Shown here piece after piece: positions 44,250 to 53,088 of a stretch of DNA of 64,000 nucleotides; positions within the stretch are counted from its first letter, which is position 1; every line of letters begins with the position of its first letter. The notes beneath the pieces were generated by a model. That model was not told the DNA's origin, did no database searches, and saw only the letters and a program-made list of their open reading frames with translations. Both the position numbers and the translations under genes were made by a program. The stretch lies in the NCBI GenBank assembly GCA_051859245.1, contig JBHYGA010000001.1, forward strand, positions 1,405,722 through 1,469,721, given 5' to 3'. The DNA is from Gemmatimonadaceae bacterium. GTDB lineage: Bacteria; Gemmatimonadota; Gemmatimonadetes; Gemmatimonadales; Gemmatimonadaceae.

Positions 44250-44265
44250 CGTATCAGGTCGCGTT

Positions 44266-45522
44266 GTGAACACGACGCTGTTCGTGAACGCTGCGCAAAC
44301 CGTGACCTGCGCCGGTGCGGCCGAGGCACGGCGTGGTGGCGCCATGAATGATGCGGGCGTTCGCACCGGTGTTGGTGTCGCGGTGCAAGGTGAACTGATA
44401 GTCAGAGTGGATTCCGACAATGCGCTTCGCGCGGCTTTCCCAAATGCGCGCGAGGTCGATTGTGAGCGCGGATTACTTGCCCCCGGATTTGTAGACTCGC
44501 ACACACACGCTGTGTTTGGTGCAGCGCGATTTGCGGAACACGAGCTGCGTGCCACCGGTGTGCCATATCTGGAAATCGCACGTCGTGGTGGTGGTATTCA
44601 CTCATCGGTGCGTGACTTGCGCGCGACCAACAGTGAGACGCTGTACGCGCTGGCACTCCCGCGCATTGCACGTCTCGCCGCTGGCGGTGTGACGACGCTG
44701 GAGATCAAGTCGGGCTACGGACTCACGGTCCACGATGAGCTGCGCACGCTGAAAGTGATTCGTCAGCTGCAGGACACGTTGCCGCTGCGCATCGTGGCCA
44801 CGTGTCTTGGTGCGCATGAAGTGCCGCTGGAGTATCGCGATGCCCCAGACGGCCGGAGCGCGTGGATTGTCGCGCTGGAGGAAGAGCTGCATCCGGCCGT
44901 GGCGCGCGATGGACTCGCGGTGTTCGCGGATATCTTCGCAGAACCCGGCGTGTTTACGGTTCAGGAATCGCGACAGATTTTGCTCGGTGCACGGGCGGCC
45001 GGTCTCGCCCTCAAAATGCACGCCGACGAACTGCACGATGGTGGCGCCGCCATGCTTGGTGCGGAACTTGGTGTTACATCGGCCGATCACCTCGCGGCGG
45101 TGTCGGATGCCGGTATCGCGGCGCTCGCGGCCAGCCGGACTGTGGCCACGCTGCTCCCTTCCACCATGTTGTTTCTTGGCACAGGTCGGCAAGCGCCGGC
45201 GCGTCGGCTGATCGAAGCGGGTGCTGCCGTCGCGCTCGCTACCGACTTCAATCCCGGTACGTCTCCGCTCACCAGTTTTCCGTTGTTGCTCACGCTGGCC
45301 GTGAGTGAACTGCGAATGTCTGCCGCTGAGGCGTGGATTGCCGCCACCGTCAACGGTGCCGCCGCACTCGGACTCGCAGCGCAAACCGGTCAACTCGCGG
45401 CAGGATTCTCCGCCGACATCGCCGTGCATTCTGCAGAGGATTATCGCGAGTTGCCTTACTGGTTCGGCGAGCGTCTGTGTCGAGGAGCATGGAGTCGCGG
45501 CCGCGCTTGTCACTCTTCCTGA
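44266..45522 (+). CDS. hutI: Imidazolonepropionase
   Basis: PGFVDSHTH, GGGI.SSV, EIKSGYGL, HADEL, SADHL, ATDFNPG. Confidence 0.95.
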   Translation: MNTTLFVNAAQTVTCAGAAEARRGGAMNDAGVRTGVGVAVQGELIVRVDSDNALRAAFPNAREVDCERGLLAPGFVDSHTHAVFGAARFAEHELRATGVPYLEIARRGGGIHSSVRDLRATNSETLYALALPRIARLAAGGVTTLEIKSGYGLTVHDELRTLKVIRQLQDTLPLRIVATCLGAHEVPLEYRDAPDGRSAWIVALEEELHPAVARDGLAVFADIFAEPGVFTVQESRQILLGARAAGLALKMHADELHDGGAAMLGAELGVTSADHLAAVSDAGIAALAASRTVATLLPSTMLFLGTGRQAPARRLIEAGAAVALATDFNPGTSPLTSFPLLLTLAVSELRMSAAEAWIAATVNGAAALGLAAQTGQLAAGFSADIAVHSAEDYRELPYWFGERLCRGAWSRGRACHSS

Positions 45523-45625
45523 GTGTGCGTAGGTTGACGATCGCCTGACCACAGCTGGACTATAGCCGTCGTCCGCCGGACGAGTCCCCAGATTTGCGAC
45601 CCCAACGGGAGCCCGCCTCGCGCCG

Positions 45626-48600
45626 ATGTCGAACGCCGCAAAGCACAAGAAAAAGGCGGCTGAGTTCGAGTTGCAAAAGCAGTTCGACAAGGCCATTGCG
45701 AGTTACGTGCGCGCCATTGAAGTGGGCGATGCCGAAGGCGCTGAAGTCGATGTCTCGCTGCTGAACAAGGTCGGCGATCTCACACTTCGACTGGGCCGCG
45801 TGCCGGAAGCGGTCGCGTCGTACGAGCGCGCGGTTGATCACTACGCGTCGGTTGGACTGTTCAACAACGCGATCGCGCTCTGCAACAAGATTCTGCGTCA
45901 TGCGCCCGGACGCGCCGGCGTGTATCTCACACTCGGTCGGGTGTGCGCGCGAAAGGGTATGCGTGGCGATGCCACCCGCAACTTCCTGGAGTACGCGTCC
46001 CGCATGCGACAGGAGGGCCGCACCGATGAAGCGATGCGCTCGCTCGCCGAGGTCGCGGGGCTCATGCCGGAACTTGAAGAAGTGCGGCGACTCGTTGAGG
46101 AACATGCCGTTCATGTGGGCATCGAGCTGCCGTCGGCCGCAGACTCCGCCGCTGCTCCCGAAGCGAAAACGGCCGCGAGCCTGGTCTTTCTTGATATCGA
46201 CTACGATGCGAAGGCATCGCTGACACCGCCACTCGGCGAGCCGGCGTTCGAACCGATCGTTGCTCCAGCGGCACCGGCGCCCAAGGAAAAACCGGCTCGC
46301 TCGAACTCGCTTGACGATTTGCTGATTTTTGATCCCACCGAACTCGGCGACTCGGCGGACGACGATTGGCATCTTGATGGGCTCGAGAGCACGCATGCCG
46401 AGGTCGCGGAAGCCGACCTGAACGTGCCGTCATTGCTGCCCGACCATGGCGAGTCAGGCGCAACCGATGGGCTTGTGGCGCCGAGTGGCCTGACGGACGC
46501 GCTGGGGTTCGAGCCGGCCGACGTGGTAGGCGTGGAGGCCGAGGTGCTCGACGGACTCGTCAGCGATGACGCGCTGATCGGTAGCGGCGAGTCCGAAGGC
46601 GCGCACGGAGAGCTGGTGCTCGCCGACACGCCCCTGGCTGAGGCGCAGAACGTGTTGGCGGTCGACGCGTCCGTGGTGGAGTTGGAGTTGAACGCGGCGT
46701 TGGCTGCGGAGCAGGAAGTGCAGCCGGAAGCGGAGAACGAAGCGGAGCCGGAAGCGGAGCAGGACGCGCACGATCCAGCTCGGGCCGACGTGCCGCATTC
46801 GGGTGGTTTCGATCTCGATCTCATGTCGCTTGAGACGTACGACGACGAGATGGCGGCGGACGACGCGGCAATGCTGGCGGACATAGCGACGACGCCGGAG
46901 CCGGTGGACGTGGTGGACGTGGTGGACGTAGTGGACGTGGTGGACGTGGTGGACGTGGTGGACGTGGTCGACGTGGTCGACGCGGTGGACGTCGTTGACG
47001 AGACAGTCGAGGCGGATCCGGCTGACGTCGAGGCCTACACGGATGAGGAGGTAACGGACGCCGAGTTCCCTATCGAACCGCTTGTCGAAAGCGCGTTCAA
47101 TGAAGTTTCCGAAGTCGTTGTTTTGCTTGATGATAGATCTGAAGATCTAACGTCAGACATGAAGTCTGATTTCACGTCAGATCTCTCCTCAGATCTCACA
47201 TCACATCTCACGTCAGATCTCACGTCAGATCTCACGTCAGATCTCACCGCAGATCTGTCGTCGGAGGAGATCCCAGACGACGCCTCTGAGACGCTCGCTG
47301 ACGAAGCGCCAGACGCGATCGCTGATATTCCATGGATCGAGGAAGACAGCCTCGATCCTTCAACGGACGTGAACCCGGAGACGGCTGAGGCGCTGTTTGC
47401 CAACGACGCGTCTGATGCACCGACCGAACTGCCGTACGTCGCGACGACGCCATCAGAACCGGTCGAGCTGCCCTCCATGGAGGCTGTGCAGGAGCCCGTC
47501 GACCTGCCGTTTCTTGCGTTCGACGAATCGCTGCTGGACGAGTCCGCCGCCGACGACGCGTTGCCAGATGAGCCGCTTAACGTGGCGGACGAGAATGTCG
47601 ACGCGCCCGCGTTCACGATGTTCGACCTGGACGCGATCGAATCGATCGGCGAACTGCGCGAGACGGACGACGACGCTGACAGTGCGACGGACCGTGAGGC
47701 GAACGCCGAGGCCGAGCGACTCGGTGTCGATTTCGATCTATCTGCCATCATCGAGAGTGATCCTGCGGACGCGCTGGAGCCCTTCGATACCATCGAGGGC
47801 CTCGAACCCGACGTTGAGCCGCTCACTGCGCACGACACGCCGGTAGAGCCGCTGGTGGCGCGTCTGGAGACGCCCGCCGCGCCGTTGGAATTCCTCGAGG
47901 TTGAGCGCGACACACCCGCCGATGCGCTCGAGTACATCGATGTGGAGCCCATGGACGACGTGCTCGCCGAGGACGAGCGCCCCGATCTTGCGGCTTCAAC
48001 GCCCGTGCTTGTGAATGCGCCTCGCGCGCGGCTGAATCCGCACGACTTCATTTTGCCGGGCGAGCTTCCGCCCATCGTCTACCCGGACGCGCTGCTCACG
48101 CCGCCGGCGGCAGCCGCTGCCGTGCCCCAAATGCTCGATGTCGATGACGTCGAGGGCCCAGAGCAACTTCTTGAGCTGAGCAGCGCAGACTCGGCGACAA
48201 CGCCGTCTGATGCGACGTTCGATGCGACGTTCGATGCGACGTTCGATGCGACGTTCGATGCGACGTTTGATACGACGTTTGATACGACGTTTGATACGAC
48301 ATTAGATGCGACGCTTGACGCGACAGTCGCTGCAACCCCCGACGACGACCTCGTCGACCTCGACGCGATCCTCACGCCGCGCACACCCGCCGCGTCCATC
48401 AACCTCGCCCTCGATCGTTGCACGCGGTTGCGCGAAGAAGTCGATCGGCACCCGGGCGATTGGGCGCGTCGTCGGCGTCTCGCGGAGGCGCTGCTCGAAG
48501 CCGGACAGCTTGAAGCTGGTATGGATGAGCTCGCCGCTACCGTTCTCGGCCTTGAGGTCGAGGGCGCACTCATCGACGCCGCGAAGGTCACCGATGAGAT

Positions 48601-49390
48601 GGTGCGTGTGTCGCCCGATGTCGTCACGCACCATCTGAAGCGTGTGGAGTTGGCGGTACGTCTTGCCGACACCGACCGCCTTCGTGAGAGCTACCTCGAC
48701 CTCGCCGACGCACTCGTTCGCACGGGCCAGGAACAGCGCGCCGAATCGGTGTACGTCCGCGTGCTCGAGCTTGACCCATGGGACGATCGTGCACGCGCCG
48801 CACTCGGCGACGCCGCGCCACCGCCGCCTTCGCCCAAGCCGCCAGTGGCGCAGCAGGATGACGGCTATGTGAGTCTGTCCGATTGGTTGTCAGACGGCGA
48901 TGCCACGCGCGACACCCGCATGCGCGTGAAAGAGCCAACCATGACGGGCGACGAAGACGCCGACTTTGATCGCCTGTTGCAGAACTTCCGCGAGGGCGTC
49001 GCGCGAAGCCTGGGCGACGAAGATTATGAGAGCCACTACGATCTCGGTGTGGCCTACAAGGAAATGGGTTTGCTCGACGATGCCGTCGCCGAATTCCAGC
49101 GCGCGCTGCGGAGTCCCACGCATCGCTTGCCGGCGTATGAGGCGCTCGGACAGTGTTTTATCGAAAAAGGGAGCCTTCCGGTGGCCGTAACCGTTCTATC
49201 TCGGGCGCTGCATGAACCCGGGCTAAACGACGACCAGCGGGTAGGTGTGCTCTACTTGTTGGGATATGCGTGTGAGGCCCTGCAGCGCCGAGACGAGGCA
49301 CGGAGCTATTTTCAACGCGTGTACGCAACCGACATAAATTTCCGAGACGTCGCCGACCGCCTGGCCGCCCTTGATCGGGGCGCGCGATGA
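45626..49390 (+). CDS. Large TPR protein with long acidic low-complexity centre (SgmX-like architecture)
   Basis: N-terminal TPRs (LLNKVGDL..NNAIALCNKILR), Asp/Glu-rich centre, C-terminal TPRs (SHYDLGVAYKEMGLLDDAVAEFQ..YLLG..FRDV). Confidence 0.8.
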   Translation: MSNAAKHKKKAAEFELQKQFDKAIASYVRAIEVGDAEGAEVDVSLLNKVGDLTLRLGRVPEAVASYERAVDHYASVGLFNNAIALCNKILRHAPGRAGVYLTLGRVCARKGMRGDATRNFLEYASRMRQEGRTDEAMRSLAEVAGLMPELEEVRRLVEEHAVHVGIELPSAADSAAAPEAKTAASLVFLDIDYDAKASLTPPLGEPAFEPIVAPAAPAPKEKPARSNSLDDLLIFDPTELGDSADDDWHLDGLESTHAEVAEADLNVPSLLPDHGESGATDGLVAPSGLTDALGFEPADVVGVEAEVLDGLVSDDALIGSGESEGAHGELVLADTPLAEAQNVLAVDASVVELELNAALAAEQEVQPEAENEAEPEAEQDAHDPARADVPHSGGFDLDLMSLETYDDEMAADDAAMLADIATTPEPVDVVDVVDVVDVVDVVDVVDVVDVVDAVDVVDETVEADPADVEAYTDEEVTDAEFPIEPLVESAFNEVSEVVVLLDDRSEDLTSDMKSDFTSDLSSDLTSHLTSDLTSDLTSDLTADLSSEEIPDDASETLADEAPDAIADIPWIEEDSLDPSTDVNPETAEALFANDASDAPTELPYVATTPSEPVELPSMEAVQEPVDLPFLAFDESLLDESAADDALPDEPLNVADENVDAPAFTMFDLDAIESIGELRETDDDADSATDREANAEAERLGVDFDLSAIIESDPADALEPFDTIEGLEPDVEPLTAHDTPVEPLVARLETPAAPLEFLEVERDTPADALEYIDVEPMDDVLAEDERPDLAASTPVLVNAPRARLNPHDFILPGELPPIVYPDALLTPPAAAAAVPQMLDVDDVEGPEQLLELSSADSATTPSDATFDATFDATFDATFDATFDTTFDTTFDTTLDATLDATVAATPDDDLVDLDAILTPRTPAASINLALDRCTRLREEVDRHPGDWARRRRLAEALLEAGQLEAGMDELAATVLGLEVEGALIDAAKVTDEMVRVSPDVVTHHLKRVELAVRLADTDRLRESYLDLADALVRTGQEQRAESVYVRVLELDPWDDRARAALGDAAPPPPSPKPPVAQQDDGYVSLSDWLSDGDATRDTRMRVKEPTMTGDEDADFDRLLQNFREGVARSLGDEDYESHYDLGVAYKEMGLLDDAVAEFQRALRSPTHRLPAYEALGQCFIEKGSLPVAVTVLSRALHEPGLNDDQRVGVLYLLGYACEALQRRDEARSYFQRVYATDINFRDVADRLAALDRGAR
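46904..47002 (+). repeat. 9-bp tandem repeat GTGGACGTG, about 11 copies (VDV)
   Basis: Read directly; in frame within the TPR gene. Confidence 0.95.
47144..47263 (+). repeat. 12-bp tandem repeat GATCTCACGTCA, about 10 copies (DLTS)
   Basis: Read directly; in frame, locally lower GC. Confidence 0.93.
48209..48328 (+). repeat. 12-bp tandem repeat GATGCGACGTTC, about 10 copies (DATF/DTTF)
   Basis: Read directly; in frame. Confidence 0.95.
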
Positions 49391-50391
49391 CTGTATCCGC
49401 GCGCACCCCGACAGCGCTGGCCGCTGCGCTCCGCGACATCCAAGCCCCCGTGCGCGGGGAGCTCGAGGCGGTGCCCGGAGAGATCCGGCGCATCGTCACT
49501 GCTGACGTACCCTTGGTGCAAGAGGTGGGCGACCACTTGCTGGGCATGAAGGGAAAACTTCTGCGTCCTACTCTCACACTCTTGTCCGCCGCGGTCGAAG
49601 ATCGCATGCAACCGCGTGCGATCACCTGCGCGGCGGTGGTTGAACTGCTGCATCTCGCGACGCTCATTCACGACGACGCCGTGGATCATTCCGTATTGCG
49701 ACGCGGCATGCCCACCGTCAATGCGCTGTTCAGTCATCAGATCTCGGTCATCATGGGAGACTTTCTCTACTCGCGCGTGATGCGCGAGTTGGTGAAGCTC
49801 GGTGACATTGAGATCATGCGCGCCGTGTCGAATGCATCAGACGCGATGACGCTCGGTGAAATGCGTCAGCTCGCGGCCTTTGATGCGCTTGCGTTTACAG
49901 AAGACGATTACGAGCGCCTCATCAAATCAAAAACAGCGGCCCTGTTTGTGGCGGCGTGTTCTGTCGGTGCGCTGTGTGGTGCAGAAGCGCATCACGACGC
50001 ACTCGCGCGTTACGGCGAGCGGCTGGGTATGGCGTTTCAGGTGGCCGACGATCTGCTCGACTACACGGAGACCGCCGAAATGACCGGCAAGCCGAGTGGA
50101 CTCGATTTGCGTGAGCACAAGGTGACGCTGCCGTTGATTGCCGCGCTTCGTCATATGTCTCCCGCCGCCCGCGGGCGGGTGGAGGCGCTGTTCGCGACGC
50201 CGCAGCCAGACGAGGATGCCGTGAACGAGGTCATCAACATGGTTCGCGAGTCGGGCGGGCTCGAATACGCACGCCGGCGCGCGGATCAGTTCGCGCAGGA
50301 ATCCGAAGAGGCGTTGGCCAGCGTACCTGATAGTCCAGCGCGTGCGGTGCTGCTCGACGCGATCGGGTACGCCGTGGACAGGCGCTGGTAA
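49387..50391 (+). CDS. ispB: Polyprenyl (octaprenyl/heptaprenyl) diphosphate synthase
   Basis: GKLLRP, LIHDDAVD..RRG, KTAALF, FQVADDLLD, GKP..DL. Confidence 0.9.
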   Translation: MTVSARTPTALAAALRDIQAPVRGELEAVPGEIRRIVTADVPLVQEVGDHLLGMKGKLLRPTLTLLSAAVEDRMQPRAITCAAVVELLHLATLIHDDAVDHSVLRRGMPTVNALFSHQISVIMGDFLYSRVMRELVKLGDIEIMRAVSNASDAMTLGEMRQLAAFDALAFTEDDYERLIKSKTAALFVAACSVGALCGAEAHHDALARYGERLGMAFQVADDLLDYTETAEMTGKPSGLDLREHKVTLPLIAALRHMSPAARGRVEALFATPQPDEDAVNEVINMVRESGGLEYARRRADQFAQESEEALASVPDSPARAVLLDAIGYAVDRRW

Positions 50392-50669
50392 TGGCCAAAG
50401 GACCCTCGAAACACCGTCCGGTGTTTCATCTGCTGGTACTCAGCTCCGGGTTTGTGGCCGGTGGGTTGATGGCGCAGCTTGCACGTCGCTTTCTTCCTGC
50501 CGGGGCTGTGAAGGAGTTTTTAACGGCAGGGGTTCAACCGTCGGTTGGACCGTTGCCAATTGATCTGATTATATTGAAGTTTGCGCTCGGCCCAGTTGCG
50601 CTCGATGTTTCGTTGCTGAGCTTGGTGGGCGTCCTCATCGCGTACCTCATCGCACGCTCCCTGTTCTAG
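50391..50669 (+). CDS. Small membrane protein (DUF4321-like)
   Basis: 92 aa with two hydrophobic stretches and PIDL.ILKF.LG..LDVSLLS.VG pattern; TAATG coupling to ispB. Confidence 0.6.
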   Translation: MAKGPSKHRPVFHLLVLSSGFVAGGLMAQLARRFLPAGAVKEFLTAGVQPSVGPLPIDLIILKFALGPVALDVSLLSLVGVLIAYLIARSLF

Positions 50670-50677
50670 GAGTAACA

Positions 50678-50935
50678 ATGAACTTCGGCAATATGGGATT
50701 CACCGAGATCCTGATCATTCTCGTGGTAGTGCTGCTGCTCTTTGGAGCAAAGCGTATCCCGGAAATCGCAGGATCGTTTGGCAAAGGCATTACAGAGTTC
50801 AAGCGTAACTTGAACGACGCGCAAAAGGCCATCACGGAGCCGCCGCGCTCGGATCGTGCCGTTGGTGCGCCGCAGCCCACGGCAACGGTGACGCCAGAGG
50901 AAGAGCGCCCCGAGCCCAAGCGCTTGCTGAACTAA
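50678..50935 (+). CDS. tatA: Twin-arginine translocase TatA/E
   Basis: [35 protein letters not shown] Shine-Dalgarno. Confidence 0.95.
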   Translation: MNFGNMGFTEILIILVVVLLLFGAKRIPEIAGSFGKGITEFKRNLNDAQKAITEPPRSDRAVGAPQPTATVTPEEERPEPKRLLN

Positions 50936-50953
50936 GCGTCTCATTAGTTCCAA

Positions 50954-51000
50954 AAGAAAAACGCCCCCGACATGGTTACCATGTCGGGGGCGTTTTTCTT
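50954..51000. terminator. Bidirectional intrinsic terminator between convergent tatA and ppiD/surA
   Basis: Perfect 22-bp inverted repeat AAGAAAAACGCCCCCGACATGG-TTA-CCATGTCGGGGGCGTTTTTCTT. Confidence 0.92.
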
Positions 51001-51018
51001 GTGATGCTTACCGCGCGA

Positions 51019-52851
51019 TCAGAGCGGAACCTGACGGCGCAGGTTCGCCTGGATCTTCTTGCGATCGTCCTTGATCTTGGCGTTTTCGCGCATGCCGAGC
51101 AGATACTGCTGGACACGCTCCTGCTTGAGCGACTGCACGGTCTGCATGCGGAACACGGGGCTGATCAGCGCAAAGTCGGAGCTGTCGGCCGGCGCGAACT
51201 CGTCGAGCTGCAATACGAAGACACCGTCCTGCGTCTTTACCGGCTGGCTGACTTCACCAAGCTTCAAGCCAAACGCGGCGCCGACAGCCTGCGTGAACTG
51301 ACCGAGTCCCGGCACCAGCGACGAGCGACCAAACCGATCGGTCTGCTCCACGGTCAAGCCCTGCGACGCTGCGGCAGCGGAAAGCGACGACCCGCGAGCC
51401 GCGGTGGCCAGCGCCTGCGCCTTTGGAACGAGCGCTTCCACGCGCTTGGCGCGCTCCAGTCGGCGACGAATGTCGTCCTTCACATCGGCGAGTGGCGCAA
51501 TACCACCGGCGCGCAGCGAATCCAGACGTCCGATGTAGTACGCTTCTGGCGCGTCCTGCAGATCACTCGACTCACCGATCTGCGTGCCACTGAACGCCCA
51601 CGCGCTCATGCCGGGAACATAACGACCGGCAAAGTTAAGCGGCTCGTTTTCCGTGGCCACAACTTGCGACACGGGCAACCCGAGTTCCGCCGCAGCGCTG
51701 TCGAACAGCGCCGGCTCCGTTACGCCGGCGGCAAGGGTTGATACACGATCGGCCAGTCGATCCGTGGCCGAAGCCGTGGAATCACTCTGCTTGATTGCAA
51801 TAAGCAGATGGCGCAAATCGAGCGTATCGCCGCGTTTGCTGTCAACACGAATGAGATGCCAACCGAACGGCGTTTGCACGGGCTGCGAGAGCTCGCCAAC
51901 ACTCAACGCGTACGCTGCTGTTTCGAACGGCTCGACGTAACGACCACGTGTGCTTTCACCAAGCGATCCGCCGTTGACCGCGCTCGACGTATCATCTGAT
52001 TCACGCATGGCAACGGTCGCAAAATCGGCACCGCCAACAATCTCTGCGCGCAACGCATCAATGCGCGCGCGCGCTGACTGCGAATCAACCGCCGTGATGG
52101 AACGTTCGATGTTCATCAGAGAGAGAACGGCGCGTGCCGGGCGCTCGAACAACTTCTGATTCTCGTTGTAGAAGCGCGAAACATCTTCGTCGCTGACCGA
52201 GACGGGGCTGGTGGAATCCGCGTCGGCACGGAACGCCACGAAGCTCACTTTGGCGGAGTCATTGCGATCCTTATAGATCTGCCACAGCCGCGCTTCAGAC
52301 ACCCACACATCAGATGACACCTGGTCGAACAACTTCTGGCGCGGAATTTCGGAGCGATAGAAGTTCTCGAGACCAACGAGCAATCCCTGCTGCCGCGCGA
52401 TCGGGCTGGCAAGGAATCGCTGGTACTTGGTGATGTCGAACTGGCCATCGGTCTGGAAATCGGGGTTCTGCTCCACACCCGGTGGCGGGCTCTGGCGAGC
52501 CGCGTCCATGATTTCCGCATCTGTGACCGAGATGCCCCGCCGTTCGTACTCCTGTCGGAGCAGGATGTCATTGACAAGCTCGTCGAACGCGCGGTCCTCG
52601 AGCGTGCGGCGCTCGTCGAGCGTGATGCCACGACCGAGACGCTGTGCCTCCTGCTGCTCGAGATTCTGAACGGCCTGTTCCCAGGTCAGGTACAGGATGT
52701 CCTCACCATTGACGTTAGCTACCACCGTATTCGTTGTGACCGGCGCGCGTCCGAGCAAGCCGGAGCTGTCCACCAGCAAAAAGCCACCAACGAACGCGAT
52801 GATGAGCACGATCCAAACGTATTTCGCAGCGCTCCGCATGGTCTGCAGCAC
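51019..52851 (-). CDS. ppiD: Membrane-anchored periplasmic chaperone/PPIase (PpiD/SurA family)
   Basis: N-terminal transmembrane helix, SurA_N domain, parvulin DF...A..S.D..S..NGG.LG..PF..AA..PVQTPFGWH; GTG 52851 follows AAGGAG. Confidence 0.85.
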   Translation of the reverse strand: MLQTMRSAAKYVWIVLIIAFVGGFLLVDSSGLLGRAPVTTNTVVANVNGEDILYLTWEQAVQNLEQQEAQRLGRGITLDERRTLEDRAFDELVNDILLRQEYERRGISVTDAEIMDAARQSPPPGVEQNPDFQTDGQFDITKYQRFLASPIARQQGLLVGLENFYRSEIPRQKLFDQVSSDVWVSEARLWQIYKDRNDSAKVSFVAFRADADSTSPVSVSDEDVSRFYNENQKLFERPARAVLSLMNIERSITAVDSQSARARIDALRAEIVGGADFATVAMRESDDTSSAVNGGSLGESTRGRYVEPFETAAYALSVGELSQPVQTPFGWHLIRVDSKRGDTLDLRHLLIAIKQSDSTASATDRLADRVSTLAAGVTEPALFDSAAAELGLPVSQVVATENEPLNFAGRYVPGMSAWAFSGTQIGESSDLQDAPEAYYIGRLDSLRAGGIAPLADVKDDIRRRLERAKRVEALVPKAQALATAARGSSLSAAAASQGLTVEQTDRFGRSSLVPGLGQFTQAVGAAFGLKLGEVSQPVKTQDGVFVLQLDEFAPADSSDFALISPVFRMQTVQSLKQERVQQYLLGMRENAKIKDDRKKIQANLRRQVPL

Positions 52852-53013
52852 GGGGCGGGACTCCTTCGAGCGGGGAGGTTGGTAACACGCCCGATTCGCG
52901 CAGCCGACGCCTCGGATGTCGAGGCGTAGCGCACGTCGGGGACAAGCAGGTAAAAGTAGGGGACGCGAGAGTGTAAAGGCAAGTGACGTCAACACTTCTA
53001 CATCCGTCTACAT

Positions 53014-53041
53014 TTGACTTCCCGAAGTGGCGCCATACGTT
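53014..53041 (+). promoter_or_regulatory. Putative sigma70-type promoter for the TPR-aroQ-pepQ-accB unit
   Basis: TTGACT-N16-TACGTT, preceded by a TCTACAT direct repeat. Confidence 0.5.
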
Positions 53042-53088
53042 GAGCGGATGGACCGCGCCGGGACCACAACGCATTGGGGATAGACCGG

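Noticed and set aside
46904..48328. Tandem repeats as a possible CRISPR array
   Set aside because: Units are 9-12 bp, contiguous, lack unique spacers, are in frame in a CDS, and no cas genes are present
51001..51741. 246-aa + strand ORF after the terminator
   Set aside because: Antisense to the PpiD/SurA gene, begins right after a bidirectional terminator, no motifs
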